From NCBI GenBank assembly GCA_043228905.1, contig JBHGNT010000001.1, forward strand, positions 18,910,001 through 18,974,000: DNA of 64,000 nt, in the 5' to 3' direction. The stretch's first letter is position 1. Every line of letters begins with the position of its first letter. This document shows positions 1-14,476 of this stretch, piece by piece. The stretch is from Azolla caroliniana (taxonomy: Eukaryota > Plantae > Polypodiophyta). A program made the translations under genes and the position numbers. Under the pieces are notes generated by a model. The model ran no database searches and was not told where the DNA came from. It was given only the letters and a program-made list of their open reading frames with translations.

Positions 1-3000
1 TTGTGTTCCAAGCTTGCGGGGCTTGCTTTCGTCCATATAAGGACTCCTTCAACTGGCAAACTGCTGAGGTTTTTGGTTCAGATAGAAATCCGAGGGGTTG
101 AACCATGTACACCTGTTCCTCAAGATTGCCTTCTATGAATGCATTCTTTACATTCATTTGATGTAAGTGCCACCCCTTTGTCGCTGCTACGGCTAGCAGG
201 ACTCGCACGGTAGTCATCTTTGCGACAGGCGCGAAGGTCTCGTCGTAGTCCATCCCGTGTTTCTACACGTAGCCTTTTGCTACTAACCGGGCCTTGTATC
301 GGTTGACCGAGCCATCAATGTTGTACTTGACCTTGTACACCCATCTACATCCGATTGGCTTCACACCTTTCGGTGCGTCAACTAGGTCCTAGGTTTCATT
401 TTCAGCCAATGCGCGCATCTATTCCTCCATTGCGGTACGCCAATTCGCGTCCTTCGCCACTTCTCTGTAGCTCTCCGGCTCACGCAATTCCGCTACGCGG
501 GTCATGTACGCATAGTGATGCGCCATGCACTCATTGTATCCGAACCACACAACAGGGTTCTTCTGGCGGGTAGATCGGCGTAATTTCTCATTAGCCGATG
601 TTGAGGCTTTCTTGGCTGACGTGGACTTCGCTCTCGAAGGCCCGTCATCGCTCTTCTCGGAGTCGGATTCACGTTGATCCGACTCGCCCTTATCCGTGCT
701 GTACTCCGGTATCTTCTTCTTCGAGTGTCCACTACTTGCCGACTCTTCTTCGGACTGGTCAAACCGACTCAGTCGTCCATTCGGTCCACTTAATCGAAAT
801 GAGATCGGACTCTCTTCAAGAGTCCCAATTTCACCCTCATTTGGAGGCACTCCAACCTCGCTGACCTCATCGTCAGAGCCTGGATTGGAGTTGAGATCCG
901 GAGTAAGAGGCAAGTACCAGGACCTGGACTTGTCAAACACAACGTCATGGCTTACACGAGCTTGTTTTGTTCGGGGGTTATAACAGTTATAAACCTTTTG
1001 CTCGTCCGAATAGCCGACTAAGATCTAAGATACACTTCTCATCTTTCCGGTCCAACTTCCTCCATTTCTCCATTGGCACATGCACATATGCAATGCTACC
1101 GAAAACTCTCAAGTGTCGTAGGTTCGGCTTCCTTCCGAAATACCGCTCATGCGTTGACACTTTGTCTCCGATCCGATTCTGGATGTATAGCGCGATTCAT
1201 ATCACCTCGGCCCAATAGAACTTGGGCAAGCTCTTTTCTTCCAGCATTGCCCGCGCCGCTTCTACAACCGACCGATTCTTCCTTTCGGCCACGCCGTTTT
1301 GTTCCAACGTATATCTTCAACTGAATTTGCGCCGAATTCCCATCTATTGCCGTTGAATTGACTGGAAAAGTACTCTTTTCCGCCATCCGACCGCAGGCAC
1401 TTGATCTTTCTTCCTGTTTCCCTTTCGACGAAACTCTTGAGGTCTCGGAAATAGTCGAAGACTTCACTCTTCTTCTCAATAAGGTAGATCCACATGTGTC
1501 GCATATAGTCATCGATGAAGGAGACAAAATATCGACTCCTACCAAGACTAACGTTCTGTGCCGGCCCCCATACATCGGAATGTATCAAGTCGAGCTTGTT
1601 CTGGCTCCGGTTACGCTCGTTAGGGAAAGGAAGTCGGTGTTGCGTTCCTAGCTAGCAGGCTTCACAAATTTGTGCCTTCCGGCCACTAAATTTGGGCATA
1701 CTGAACACCACCTGTTTCGATTGCAGGTCCTGAAGCCATTGATAGTTGACGTGGCCTATTTGCTTGTGCCATAAGTCGATATCTGACTCGACTTTTTGTC
1801 CTTTCGTGAACATTGCGGTGCCACCGTCACTAGAGTCAAGGATAAACACCCTCCCGTCTCTGCTCCCTTGCGCAATAACTCAGCTTTCTTCCTCGATGAA
1901 GCACCCGAGATGCGTAAACCGAACCTACATCCCCTGATCGACGATCTGTCCGACCGAAACCAGGTTCTTCATGATTGTTGGAACGTGTAACACGTTCATG
2001 AGTTTCCCTTCCTGCTCGACATGGCTCAGGGGAACTTCACCGATATTCGCAATTAGATGCGGAGTGTCATCTCCAATTGTGACTACTCCCGGTTGCATTG
2101 GTTTCTCAAGGTATGAGAACCACTCCTTGTGGCATGTCATGTGATTTGATGCGTTGGAGTCGACGTAGCACATCTCGTTCGATTTTGGGGTGGACTTCTT
2201 CATCGAGTTCGCTTCGTGTTTCGTCACGAAGGCTAACCCTTTTTCGGCTTTTCCGGATCCTTCGACGTAGTGCGATCGCTACCGATTACCCTTGTCGGTT
2301 TGTCCGGAACTTGATCCGGATCCGGTCCTCTCCGAATCGGCGCGCTTCTTCCAACACTCACTCTCCTTGTGGCCTTTCTTGCCATAGTACCAACATTCCA
2401 CGACGGGTTTCCCTTGCCGGTTCTCATCTCCTCGACTCCCCCTATTTCTGGAGGGTTCGGAGTTGCTGTCGGCATCACTTCGGCGCCTTCTTACTTGATC
2501 CCGGCGGCTACCTCCATTGTGCACCGACTCGCCTCGTCCGCCACGACCATGGGGCCTATCTCCCTCCATGTACAATATCTTGTTGTCGGCACGCATGCTC
2601 GACGACGCACCCGTGTGGTTCTCCTCTATAAGGAGCATCGGCTGTAGGTTGAAAAACGACGACACACAGCAGTTCGGAATGCTCCAAACTTCGACGCCAG
2701 TCCCCCGAGACAAATCTGCACCATCTCGCCTTCCTCGACGTTCACATCAATAGAGGCTAAGGAGTCGCATATCTCTTTGATCTTCGAGGTGTAATCAACC
2801 ACTGACAAGTCGCGTTGTTGTAAGTTGCTGAGCTCCTGTCGGAGTTGAAGCTTCCTGGCTGTGGTGCTTGTAGAAAAAATCTTCTTCAAATTTCCCCAAG
2901 CATCTTTCAACATTTTCCCATCCCGAATGTAGCTTAGAAGCTGTTCGCCTACACAAGATGCGAAGCAGTAGAGAACTCTACTCGCTGACTGTTCCCAAGC

Positions 3001-3627
3001 CGGGAAGTCTTTGTGTGTCAAATCGGGTGCTGTGTCATTTGCTCCATCGACATAGCTCCAGTAATTGTGCCCAAGCAGGTACTGGTGCATCTTGTAAGAC
3101 CAAGACGCGTAGTTGTTTTTGTCGAGCTTCTCTGTCAGAAGTGAGCTAGCCATGCCTCTATCCATTTGTCTTTCCTGTTCTTAGCGAAGGTTAGGTTTTC
3201 TTTCTCAAGCTAAGGTCAGCCGTAGAGGTTCTCAACCCTTGCGTTCTGATACCATGTAAAAAGAATAGCATGAGGAAGCAATAGAAAACCGAACACAGAA
3301 ACGCAGGTTTAATGGGGAGCTTGAATATACACAGTACGTGAGGGAGACTGACTGACTGACTGAGAGCACACAAAAACTCAATTAAAAAATAATACTCAAT
3401 TTGTACATAGGATGCGCTTAGTGAGCACTTTTATACAAGTTCATACGAACTGACAAAAGTACTGACACGTACTTCAATGCTCATTAGTGAGCTCTACACT
3501 AACTCCCAAAATATATTCCTACGCGAAATATCTTTCCAACAGCCTCGCGGTTTATGCACTGCTATGGCTTCTCATTGCACACCAGTTTATGCACCGGTCC
3601 GGCCAATGTTGAGTTTGTATCTCAACA
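1..3627 (-). mobile_element. Ty1/copia LTR retrotransposon A (degenerate; RT and 3' end run off the left window edge)
   Basis: Gag ORF 2626-3165 (NYASWSYKMHQYLLG), zinc knuckle CWYYGKKGHKESEC, GAG-pre-integrase/integrase (IHSDVWGPA, KCLRSDGGKEY), RT start near base 1; many stops. PBS tRNA-iMet-like TGGTATCAGAAC at 3243-3254; 5' LTR 3255-3627 (TG..CA). Confidence 0.93.
3255..3627 (-). repeat. 5' LTR of copia A
   Basis: Reverse complement begins TGTTGAGATACAAACTCAACATTGGCC, matching the LTR at 38052; abuts the PBS. Confidence 0.85.
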
Positions 3628-3744
3628 TTCGACCATCAGCATTGATTGCAAGTCGAAGAAGGACGATGGTTTCTCCCGGGTGAGGATAGTTGTCCGGATA
3701 GGCCCGTACCTTTGAGTCATCTTTGTTAGGTTCGGGCAGAGGTA

Positions 3745-4576
3745 CCTCTTTCAACGTCTTAGCATCTTTGATGTAGTTGATCATCTGGTCGTGCACATAG
3801 GATGCGAGACAGTACAGCACTCGGCTCGCTCCTTGCTCTCTGCCAGGAAAGTCTTTGCGTGCCGGCTCCAATGATACCTCGTTGGTTCCCTCCCCATAGC
3901 TCCAATATCCATCCCCCAACAGGTACTGGTGCATTTTATATGACCAGGACACATAGTTGCTCCATACGAGCTTTTCTGTTGGGAGTGAACTCACCATACC
4001 TCTGTCCATATCTTTCTTTGTTTGTCCTTACCGGGTATTAGGGTTTGTCTTCGAAAGCGTTTGTCGGCTATAGAGGTTCTCAACCCTTGTGCTTTGATAC
4101 CATGTTAAATTAAATGTGCGGAAGCGTTCGACAAACCGGCTTAGCCAGATAACAACAAAAGATGAGAAGAAAACTTAACACACACAAAGTATGCCTACGT
4201 AGGAGAGACTCAGAGAGAGAGAGAGAGAGAAACATAACGTAAAAGTAGATTAAAAAAAAAAAAGTTCTCTGTGTACATACAATGTGCTTACACAACACCA
4301 TTTATACAAGTCTGTAGAAGGACTGATAGAAGTACATTGTACTTCAATGCTCCTACGAGCGACTAACACTAACTACGAGACAACAACTACCTAGTATTCT
4401 AGGCTACTACTAGGCTTCCGGTTCGCACTCAAATCCGGCTCTCCGATCCGTCTCCCCAATCCAACCGGTTGTTTCCGGATACCATCTGGATACCGATTCG
4501 GCTCTTGGCTCCGGATGCCGATTCGGCTCAGGTTTATTCAGCCGATCCGGATCCGGTTGAGCTTGCCCGCTCAATA
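3745..4576 (-). mobile_element. Truncated copia 5' fragment (LTR 4103-4576, PBS, gag N-terminus)
   Basis: ORF 3587-4009 MDRGMVSSLPTEKL..WSYKMHQYLLG is paralogous to copia A gag; PBS-like gctttgatacca at 4091-4102. Confidence 0.8.
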
Positions 4577-7490
4577 GTTTCCATTTGAGTTGCCATAATG
4601 TAGGGTTCGCCGAGAATCACTCAATGGGAGGATGTCTCCTGGACAAAGAACTGTTGATCGACTCGATATCCTTGACCTTCACTCGAATGTTTGGGCACGC
4701 TTCGTGAAGTTACTCCATAGCGCGGGTCGCTACGCATATCTTCCACTCGTGCTTCGTATTGATCAGACATTTACCTCTCTTGTAGAAGTCCATGGGCATC
4801 AGGCTTATTTCAAACCCATGGTCGATCAATGCCACCACCGGTTTCTTTATGTCCCCGATCCGGATAGGGGTTTCCGTCATCGCTCTAGCCCTGTGTGGGT
4901 TTATGTAGTGGATCTTCAGAAACTCCTCTTCCATCGCCACCTCTTCGATGTGGGCTGCCTTTACTTTGGTCAGCTTCTCCGACTCTGTCTTTGTCTAGAG
5001 CCACTTCCTCTTTACTAGGTCCACGATAGAATTGTGGAATTCCTTCTTTGTGATCCCTAACATCTCCCTTAATGAGAGTTCCACCTTGTTGTCGAGGATT
5101 CGTTCCTCCAAGACCTTCTGTAGGTTTGTCACTATCTCTATGTCTGAGCTCAACCGGAAACCCGGAAACTTCGCCTTCTCCTGCGAGCCGATCGGACCTT
5201 CGTCATTTCTCTTAGGACCACTCCGAGTCTCATACCGGTTCGAAGGCCTGGCTCCGCCGGATTTTCTGGCCCGCTTGGCTTGTACCAGGACCTCGTAGTT
5301 TTGGCACGTGGCCTCCGCCAAGCCGGTTTTGTCTTCCACCGAATTGTTCCATCCGGTGCACTCTTGGATTCGCCTCTCTACTTGGTCCACCTCTTCCTTT
5401 CATAATCTCACCCTCGAGAGGCCTTCTAGTACTAGCTGCCAAAATCAGATATTGCTTCTGGATGCGACACCCTTCTCTTCGCTTACCCGGATCCGTGCCA
5501 ACACCGAGTAATGGATGGCCTTGGCATTCTGGGCCACAACTTCCTCCATTATCCTCTTCATGCCGCCTAGTCTGGTGTTCACTTCAAGGGGCCCATGTGT
5601 ATCGCATGCATGTACCCATCTGTTCTAGAGGTACACAACATTGCTCTTGTGTGCTTCGAGAAAATCGACGCAATCTCTTCAGATGTGGTCGTCGACATTG
5701 CACCACATGCATCGTTGGTCCACCGAAGGCCTCCGGTCATGCAACTGTCCCCATCCATCTCTCCGAGCTTGCGCGATCTGGATATCGTGCATCATCTTCG
5801 TCAGATCCTCTAGAGCTACGCCCCCAGATGGGCCCTTGACCACGTCAGTCGGAACCGTGCCCAACTCAAGCCATCTTCATGTCTCTTCTGTGCGCACCGG
5901 AATCAGTTCCTTCGTCTTTTTCCCGGCACCCGAGCCGGTCGTCGATGAACCCCCATCGTTCCATTCTTGTCGTTTGTCGAAATGGCTACGGGATGCCTAC
6001 ATACCCTCTTTACCGTGGCCCAATCAGTTGTGCGCCCTTCATCCGTCTCCAACAGGAGACCCACCTTTTCTTGATCGAGTGGGTCAACCGACTTGATAAA
6101 CAATAGGACCTTGCTCGTGTTGAGCACGGTCCGGTCCGGCACCGAGAGCCGCACGAATCCTCTTTCGAACTCCCGGAGGAGCACCGATGTGTTCCTCCCC
6201 TTCCCATGAGTCTCAACCCATTCCATCAACTCCTTTTTCGATAAGCGGAGCGAGTCATCGAAACCATATCTTTTGAGGAGCCGCTCCTTGAACTCTCGCC
6301 AACTTCAGTAGTCGGCCTCAATCTCAAGCACCTTTGCATGGATGCTCGACGTAACTACCCGTGGGAACACAAAAAACCGTCTATTGTCCAGAACATCTCT
6401 CATCAACATCTAAGCCTTGAAAGCCTCGAGGTAGTTCGTGACGTCCTTTCATTTGAATCGGCCTGCCATGCCGACTATTGCTTCCATGGCCTTGTCAAGG
6501 CCACTGGTGCTCTCTTGAGCGTGAACCAGGCGGTCAACAACCACCACCATCGCTTCAGCAAGTTCACTTCCCCTCATTTTCAGACTCCTCTGCTGCCCCT
6601 TTCACGTCGGGTTCACCAAAGATGTCGCGGTTTTCTACGAGTATGTTTTAGACTCTGAGGTTGATACAAGGAGTGCGAGCGGTATACAATCAGTGGGTGG
6701 GTGGGTGTATGTGAGGGAGAATGAGAGTGAAAGAAGAGAAATGTGAGTCAAAGAGAGAGAGAGAGAGAGATGAGAAAGATATATATGTACAAAGTTTAGA
6801 GAGAGAGACACACACACACTAAAAACTAATTCATATTAACAAACTTAAAAGGTAATACAAAGGAATGGTTGATGTGGCAAACTAGTTTCGCTCCTAAAGA
6901 GCTCATCAGTGCACATGACCATGTAGAATTTGAGGGGTTTATATAGGGAAGCTAAGCGAAGAGAGAGAGAGAGAGAGAGAGTTCAAATTTGATGATGTGG
7001 GAGATATGGGGGTTGATATATTTGGTGTGGGATAAAAGATTTTATGGGCTTATTTGAAAACAAGTAGGGGAGTGTGACAGAGAAAGAGAGAGGAAGGGTA
7101 GAAGAGAAGTGTGTGATGTGGGAGTTAGGGCGGGTGAAGTATATTGGTGTGTATGAAAAGATTGTATGGAGATTTTTGAAAACAGGAGGGAGGTATGAGA
7201 GGGCAAGGGTAGGAAATTAAAGTGGAGGAGGAAAGGGTAGAGTGATTTTAAGAAGAATGAAAGGGGGAGGGGTAGGAGAAAATTACTAAAAGAGGGAGGG
7301 GTAGAGTGATAATAGGGAAAGAGGTGGGAGAGGTGGGGTGATAATAGGAAAATAAGAGGGAGGGGTATGAATGGAATTCTAGAAAAAAGGAAGGGGGAAA
7401 GGGGTAGATTGAAATTACTAATATAACTTACATCACTCTCCCTCCCACTCACTTTCTCTTGCATGATATCCTTCCCCCATAGTCTCTCTC
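4577..7490 (-). mobile_element. Degenerate Ty3/gypsy 5' fragment (gag-protease plus LTR-like region), related to element F
   Basis: ORF pieces 4710-6229 align by eye with gag/PR of 30441-32595 (VVALIDHGFEISLM vs VVALVDHGSEINLM); the same tRNA-Trp-type PBS (tcacgtcgggttcacca) at 6602-6618. Right boundary is approximate. Confidence 0.8.
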
Positions 7491-10400
7491 TATATTAACT
7501 CCGGTTCACGCATCTCGGGTGCTTCATCGATGAAGAAGGCCAAGTTATTGCGCAAGCGCGCAGAGATGGGAGGATGTTTCATCCTCGACACCAATGACAT
7601 AGGCACTGCCATGTTTGCGAAAGGGAAAAAAGTCGAGTCAGATATCGACTTGTGGCATAAGCGGATAGGCCATGTCAACTACCAAAGGCTTCAGGACCTG
7701 CAATCGAAACAAGTTGTGTTCGGATTGCCGAAATTCAGTGGTCGAAAGGCCCAAATTTGTGAAGCCTACGAGCTAGGGAAGCAACACCAACTTCCTTTCC
7801 CAAACGAGCATAATTGGAGCCGAAATAAGCTCGACTTGATACATTGAGATGTATGGGGACCGGCATAGAACGTAAGTCTTGGCAGGAGTCGATATTTCGT
7901 CACCTTCATCGACGACTACACCCGGCACACATGGATCTACCTCATCGAAAAGAATAGTGAAGTCTTCGACTGTTTCACGAACATCAAAAATGTTGCCGAA
8001 AGGGAAACAAGGAGGAAGATCAAGTGTTTGTGGTCGGATGGCAGAAAAGAGTACTTTTCCGGCCAATTCAACAGTTATCTGCAACAAATGGGAATTTGGC
8101 GCGAATTCAGTTGCAGGTATACACCGGAGCAAAACGGCGTAGCCAAAAGGAAGAATCGGTCGGTTGTGGAAGCAGCACGGGCAATGCTGGAAGAAAAGAG
8201 CATGCCCAAGTTCTATTGGGCCCAAGCGGTCCAAACCGCAGTCTACATCCAGAATCGGATCGGAGAAAAAGTGTTGGCACATGAGTTGTATTTTGGAAGG
8301 AAACCGAATCTATGACACTTGAGGGTTTTCGGTAGCATCGCGTATGTGCATGTGCCGAAGGAGAAGTGGAGGAAGCTTGACGTGAAAGCCGAGAAGTGTA
8401 TCTTGGTTGGCTACTCGGACGAACAGAAGGGTTATAAGTGTTATAACCCCCGAACCAAACAAGCTCGCGTAAGTCGCGATGTTGTGTTTGATGAGTCCGC
8501 ATCTTGGTATTTGCCTCCGACTCCTGACCTCAACTCCAATCCGAGTTCTAAAGATGAGGTTAGCGAGGCTGAGATGCCTCCTGATGAACGCGAAGTCGGA
8601 ACTCTTGAAGAGAGTCCGATCTCATTTCAGCTAAGTGGACTGAATGAGTGACTGAGTCGGTTTGACCAGTCAGACGAAGAGCCGGCAAGTAGTGGAGACT
8701 CGGTCGTGCATTCTCCACGCAGGGAGCTGAAGAGACGTCTTACGCACAAAGAAAAGGGAAAGAAGAAGATGTCGGAGTACGGCACGGATAGGGAAGAGTA
8801 GGATTGACGCGAATCCGACTCCGAGAAGAGCGATGACGGGCCTTCCAGAGCAAAGCCCACGCCGTCTAGAACAACATCAACATCGACTAATGAGCATTTA
8901 CGCCGATCTACCCGCCAGAAGAACCATGTTGTGTAGTTCGGATACAATGAGTACGTGGCGCATCACTATGAGTACATGTCACGTGTAGCGGAAGTGCGTG
9001 AGCTAGAGAGCTATGCAGAAATGGCAAAGGATGCGAATTGGCAAGCCGACATGAAGGAAGAGATGAACGCACTTGCGGAGAATGAAACCTGGGACCTAGT
9101 TCACGCCCCCAAGGGTGTCAAGCCGATTGGATGCAAGTGGGTGCAAGGTCAAGTACAACACCGATGGCTTGGTCAATCGATACAAGGCCTGGTTAGTAGC
9201 AAAAGGTTATGCGCAACGACACGACATCGATTATGATGAGACATTTGTCCCGGTCACAAAGATGACGACTATCCGTGTTTTGCTTGCAGTAGCAGCGGCG
9301 AAGGGATGGTAGTTACATCAGATGGATGTAAAGAATGCGTTCCTGCAAGGAGAGCTTGAGGAACAAGTGTACATGGTACAACCCCCCTGAATTTCACTCC
9401 GGAACGAACACTTCGACGGTATGCCGGTTGAAGAAGTCCCTTTATGAACTAAAGCAAGCCCCGTGTGCCTAGAACGCGAAGATCACGCCACGATTGTGTC
9501 AGATGGGATTTGCGACGTCCAAATCGGATTCTTCATTGTTCGTCCGGCACAGTCGACCTCATCCGGTTAGTATTTTACTTTATGTTGATGACTTGGACAT
9601 CGCCGGCGTCGACCTAGATGAAATTGACTACGTAAAGCTCCAACTTGCGGCATCATTTGATATGACGGACCTGGGGCACCTTCATTACTTTCTTGGGATC
9701 GAAGTGATCCGAACCCCCAAAGGTATACTGATCAGCCAACAACATTACGTGTTGAGTATGCTCTTCAAGTTCGGGATGGCAAACTGTAAGTCCGTCTCAA
9801 CTCCTCTCGACAGAACCGTGAAACTTCGCCTCGACTCTGGAAAGGTCTACCACCTGAAAAGTTTCCAACAGATTGTCGAAAGCCTCATATACTTGACTAT
9901 CACTCGGCCGGACCTCAGTTACCCGGTCGGCTTGATTAGTCAGTTCATGGCGCGGCCAACCGAGGAGCACCTTCAGTGCGCCCAACGCGTACTCAGGTAC
10001 GTCCGTGGCACTAAGGACCGAGGGCTACTATATCGGACCGGCATTGCCGTGCAACTAGTCGACTATACAAATGCTGACTGGGCCGGAAACGCCGGTGATC
10101 GCCGATCCACATCCAGATTCGCATTCTCCCTTGGGAGCATCGTGATCGCATGGAGTAGCCAAAAGCAATCGACAGTTGCACTGTCGAGCACAGAGGCTGA
10201 GTATCGAGGAGCGGTTGTCGCAACATGCGAAGCCATATGGCTGAAGTGGCTTCTTTAGGATCTGCAAGTGGAGGTGTCTGATCCAATGACAATCTATTGC
10301 GCCAACCTCAGCAGCATCCAACTTGCGAAGAACCCCGTCGTCCACGCCCGGACTAAGCACATTGAGGTGCATTAACACTTTGTTTGTGAGCATGTACTCT

Positions 10401-11191
10401 CTGGTGAAGTTGAACTTTGGTATGTTTTGATGGATCAACAGACCACCGACATTTTCACCAAGGCCCTTTGTATGGACAAGTTGTGGCAATTCTCGAGTGC
10501 GCTTGGCTTGCAGCACCTTGACATGCCAAACTTGAGGGGGAGAAAAGTTCCGCAAGAACATGGAAAGGAGTAGGAAAGGAGCGGAAGTGACCGCGACATC
10601 AAATCAGATGACGAATTCGATTTGATGCCGGCTGAAGAAGCCGAAGGCGGATCCACGGAAGAGTCTGGAAGCGGACGAGAGGGCAACAACCGAAAGAAAG
10701 AGACGGAGCCAGCTAAGCATGGGGGAGATGAAGCCAACAAGGGCGAGAAGACCAAGATTGAGGACGAATTGGAGACAGCCAATTCTGACAAAAGCGGAGA
10801 CGAATCGAAGGTGTTACCCGGCCGACAAAGGAGCTAGAAGATGTCCAGACCAAGAGTGTGAAAAGGGGAATTGTTATTTAGGAATCTGTTGTAATTATTA
10901 GTCTTAATATTGTGAAATGCTCAAGATGTGAAATGCTCTCAAGAATAGCCCCATTTTCATTATGTCTCAAGTTACATTTTATAGACTCTCTCTTAGCGTG
11001 GAGGGTGTTCTCCCGCTCCAATTAGCTCTACTAATTATGGGGCTTGGTGGGGGCCTAGTTTGGGTGTGCTGCATAAGGCTTGGTAGGGGCCTAATTTGGG
11101 TGTGGTCTATGTGTGGTGCATGGGGCTTGGTAGGGGCCTAATCTAGGTGTGGTCCATGTGACCACCACAATTCCCCCTTGTAAAAAGAAAG

Positions 11192-14100
11192 TTACTGTGC
11201 AGTCGAAGCGCGACGAGGCGTGGACGACGGTTCCAGACGGGGGGATGACACGGGCGTGGGCGTAGGCATGAGTGTGGGCGGGGGCGGTGGTAGTTGATGG
11301 AAGGGCTTCATGCGAGACTGGTGAGCAAAGGTAGAGCAGTCGTTGGAGGCGCGGCGGAGCAGGTATGTAGTGTCGCATATCTGCTTTTGAACTTCGAAGG
11401 GACTGATCCATCGGTGCATGAGCAATTCGCTGAGACCGCAACGACGGATGGGGAAGTAGACGAGGACTTTGTCACCGACGTGGTATTGATGGTCGACACG
11501 GCCTATATCGTGTTGTCGTTTTTGGCGTAGTTGTGCCTGGTGTAGGTTGCTCGTGATGGCTTTGTGGAGGAGGGGCTGGAGTTGTTGTAGGTGGGACCAC
11601 CAAGACACTGCGTTAGCGTGGAGTCGTGTGGTTGGTTGCGGGACTGCCACTTCTGGGGGTAAGCGCGGGTCCCTTCCGTAAAGGGCCCGAAATGGGATAA
11701 TGCGGGTAGAGGCTTGCACAGTTGTGTTGTAGGCATGCGTAACGAAGGGCAAGATTCGGTCCCAGGTTGAGTGCAGCGGATCGATGTAGGCTGAGATTTG
11801 TTGTTTTAAGGTTCGATTGAGGCGCTCCGTCAACCCATTCGTTTGCGGATAGTAGGGTGACGTGAATAACTGTTGGATTCCTAGTTGTGTTGAAACGAGG
11901 CGTAGGAGCTCACCGTTGAACTGGGGTCCTCGATCGGACAAGATTTGGAGTGGGCAACCATGGGGGAAGATGATTTTCTCCAATAGTTTGGAGGCGATGA
12001 TCATAGCCTTTGCATCTGGGATAGTGGCCGTCTCAGCCCAACGCGTCAAGTACTCGGTGATGACGAGGATGAATTTGTTCCCTCCTTGTGACTCGGGAAA
12101 GGGGCCCATAATGTCCCATCCGACGATTTCAAATGGAGCTTGAACTTGTATCGGATGTAAGAGGCCTTGAGCCACTTGAGGTGATTTGATGGCCTGACAT
12201 AAGTTGCATGCTTTGATGTAGGAGGCGACCTCATGGTGTAGCCCAGGCCAATAGAATTTGCGACGAATTTTGTCGAGCACCTTATGAAAACCCAAGTGGC
12301 CGGACAACGGGTAATCGTGGAAGAAACGAAGGTAAGACTGGCGTAGTTGCTCAGGCACGTAGACTCAGGGTTCTTTGCCTACTTGACAAAAAAGTAGGAC
12401 ATTATCCTGGATCATGAATTGCTTGGTGAGGGATGATGTCGGTTCAGCTCGTAGGCGGTGGCAGATATCTTGGATTTGTTTGTCGTGTTGTTGCATGTTG
12501 GCCATTTGGGACGAGGATATGGGGAAATCGATTGTGTTGGAGGTAATCTGGTTCGCCTGAAAGGATATGCGGGATAATCCATCGGCGACGATGTTTTGTG
12601 GACCATGGCGATAGCGCAGAGTGAATGTGTAATCCTGTAGCGCCAAAACCCAACGAAGTAAGCGGCCGGGTGGATGAGCCTTCTTTATGAGGGAGAGCAA
12701 TGGCTGATGGTCTGTTTCGACTGATGTATTTGATCCGTGAAGGTATGGGTGGAAACGATGGAATGCCCAGACGATGGCGAGGAACTCTTTTTCAGTTGTC
12801 GAGTTATTTTGTTCGGCTTTGGTAAGTGACCGACTGATGTAGGCAATCGGGCGGAGTTGGTCGTTGTCGTCGGATTGGAGCAGGACCGCACCAAGGCCGA
12901 CATTGGAGGCATCCGTCTGCAGATGGAAAGGCTTTGTGAAATCAGGGTGGGCCAGGAGGTCAGAGGCTTGGAGTGTTCTCTTGAGCTGCAGGAAGCTGGA
13001 TTCGCAGGCTTCGGTCCACAGGAAGGGTGCATCTTTTTGTAGGAGCGCGCGTAGTGGGGCTGACAGGTCGGCTAGCCGTGGGATGAAACGAAGAGAGAAC
13101 GTGAGGAGGCCGAGGAAGCGTTGAAGCTGCTTGACTGTGGTGGGGCGTGGGAAATTTTGGACTGCTTCTGTCTTCTCCGGGTCCATTTGTATTCCGTCGG
13201 AGGAGATGACGTACCCAAGGAAGCGGAGGCACGTACTACCCCATCGGCACTTCTTCCATTGCAGCTGCAATCGATAGCGTTGAACACAAGTTAGGACCTC
13301 CCGAAGGACTTGAAGGTGTTCTGCCCAAGTGCTTGTATGTACCAGAATATCGTCTAGATAGACGATGACGACAGAGCGGGTGATGAGATCATCGAAGATG
13401 GCATTAGCCATTCGCTGGAATGTGCTCCCCGCATCAGATAGGCCAAAGGGCATCCGTGTGAACTGAAAAATGCCTTTCCTAGTGCGGAATGCAGTTTTGT
13501 GGGCATCGTGAGGATTCATCGGGATCTGCCAATATCCCGAGGCTAGATCGAGGGAGGTGAAGTACTTTGATTTGCCAAGCTGGTCGAGGAGGTCATCGAT
13601 ACGAGGGAGAGGGTATCGGTCATGGGTGGTGACATGGTTCAGTTGTCGGAAGTCGACACAAAAGCGGTAAGAACCATCCCCTTTCTTTACCATGTGTGGC
13701 TCCGAGATCCACTCGCTCTTGGAAGGTGTGATAATCCCTTGTTGGAGCATAGTTTTGACGGCGTTGTGGATGCGCTCGTGGTCGAGAGGCGAGCGACGTC
13801 GGGGAGCTGCGTTGATGGGGCGGGCGTTGCCTGTAGGAATCGTGTGGTGAATCGGAAAACGGACCGAGGGAGGTTTTAGAAGTGGTTTAGACAACGAGGG
13901 AAAGGTGGCGAGGAGCCGTCTGATGTCGTTGATGCGCTCCGCCGGTGATATCAGGTACTGTGTGTTGCTGATGTGGGTGGTATCCCGCAGAGTAGTGAAG
14001 AGCGTGATCGGAATGTGATTTGGGAGGATGAGTTGTTGTGCGGAGAAATCGAGACAGGCTCGACTATGGAGGAACCAATCACATCCCAAGGTGATTGGGA

Positions 14101-14476
14101 ACAACTGGCGCGGGAGGACGTAGAAACGATGGTGGATCTGGGCGGAACTAATGGTGAGCATGCACCTGACTTGCGTATGTGAGTGGTACACCCGTTGTTG
14201 GTCGCCGAAGAGGATTTTAATGGGCGGTGCGTGGCTCGTGGGAAGTTGAAATTGGGTGACTAAATCTGCGCTGATGGAAGAGATGCTGCTGCCGGAGTCA
14301 AGGAGAACTTCTTGGGTCGTGTGCTGGAGGCGGGCGATTGTGGTACAAACGGGCGAAGTTGATGAAGTGGAGGCGTGGACGTGCGGGGGCGGCTCGATCG
14401 TGGGAGAAATGGGAGAAGTTGAGGATGTGGAGACGTGGACGTGCGGGGGCGGCTCTCCCTGCGGCACCCCGCGCAT
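11192..14476 (-). pseudogene. Pol of element D (PR-RT-RH-INT) with one in-frame stop at 12365-12367
   Basis: LLDSGS protease; YRFCVDFRQLN..MPFGL..YLDDILV RT; LQTDASNVGLG RNase H; HHCC and WDIMGPF integrase. ORFs 12365-14476 and 11192-12358 share a frame. Confidence 0.92.
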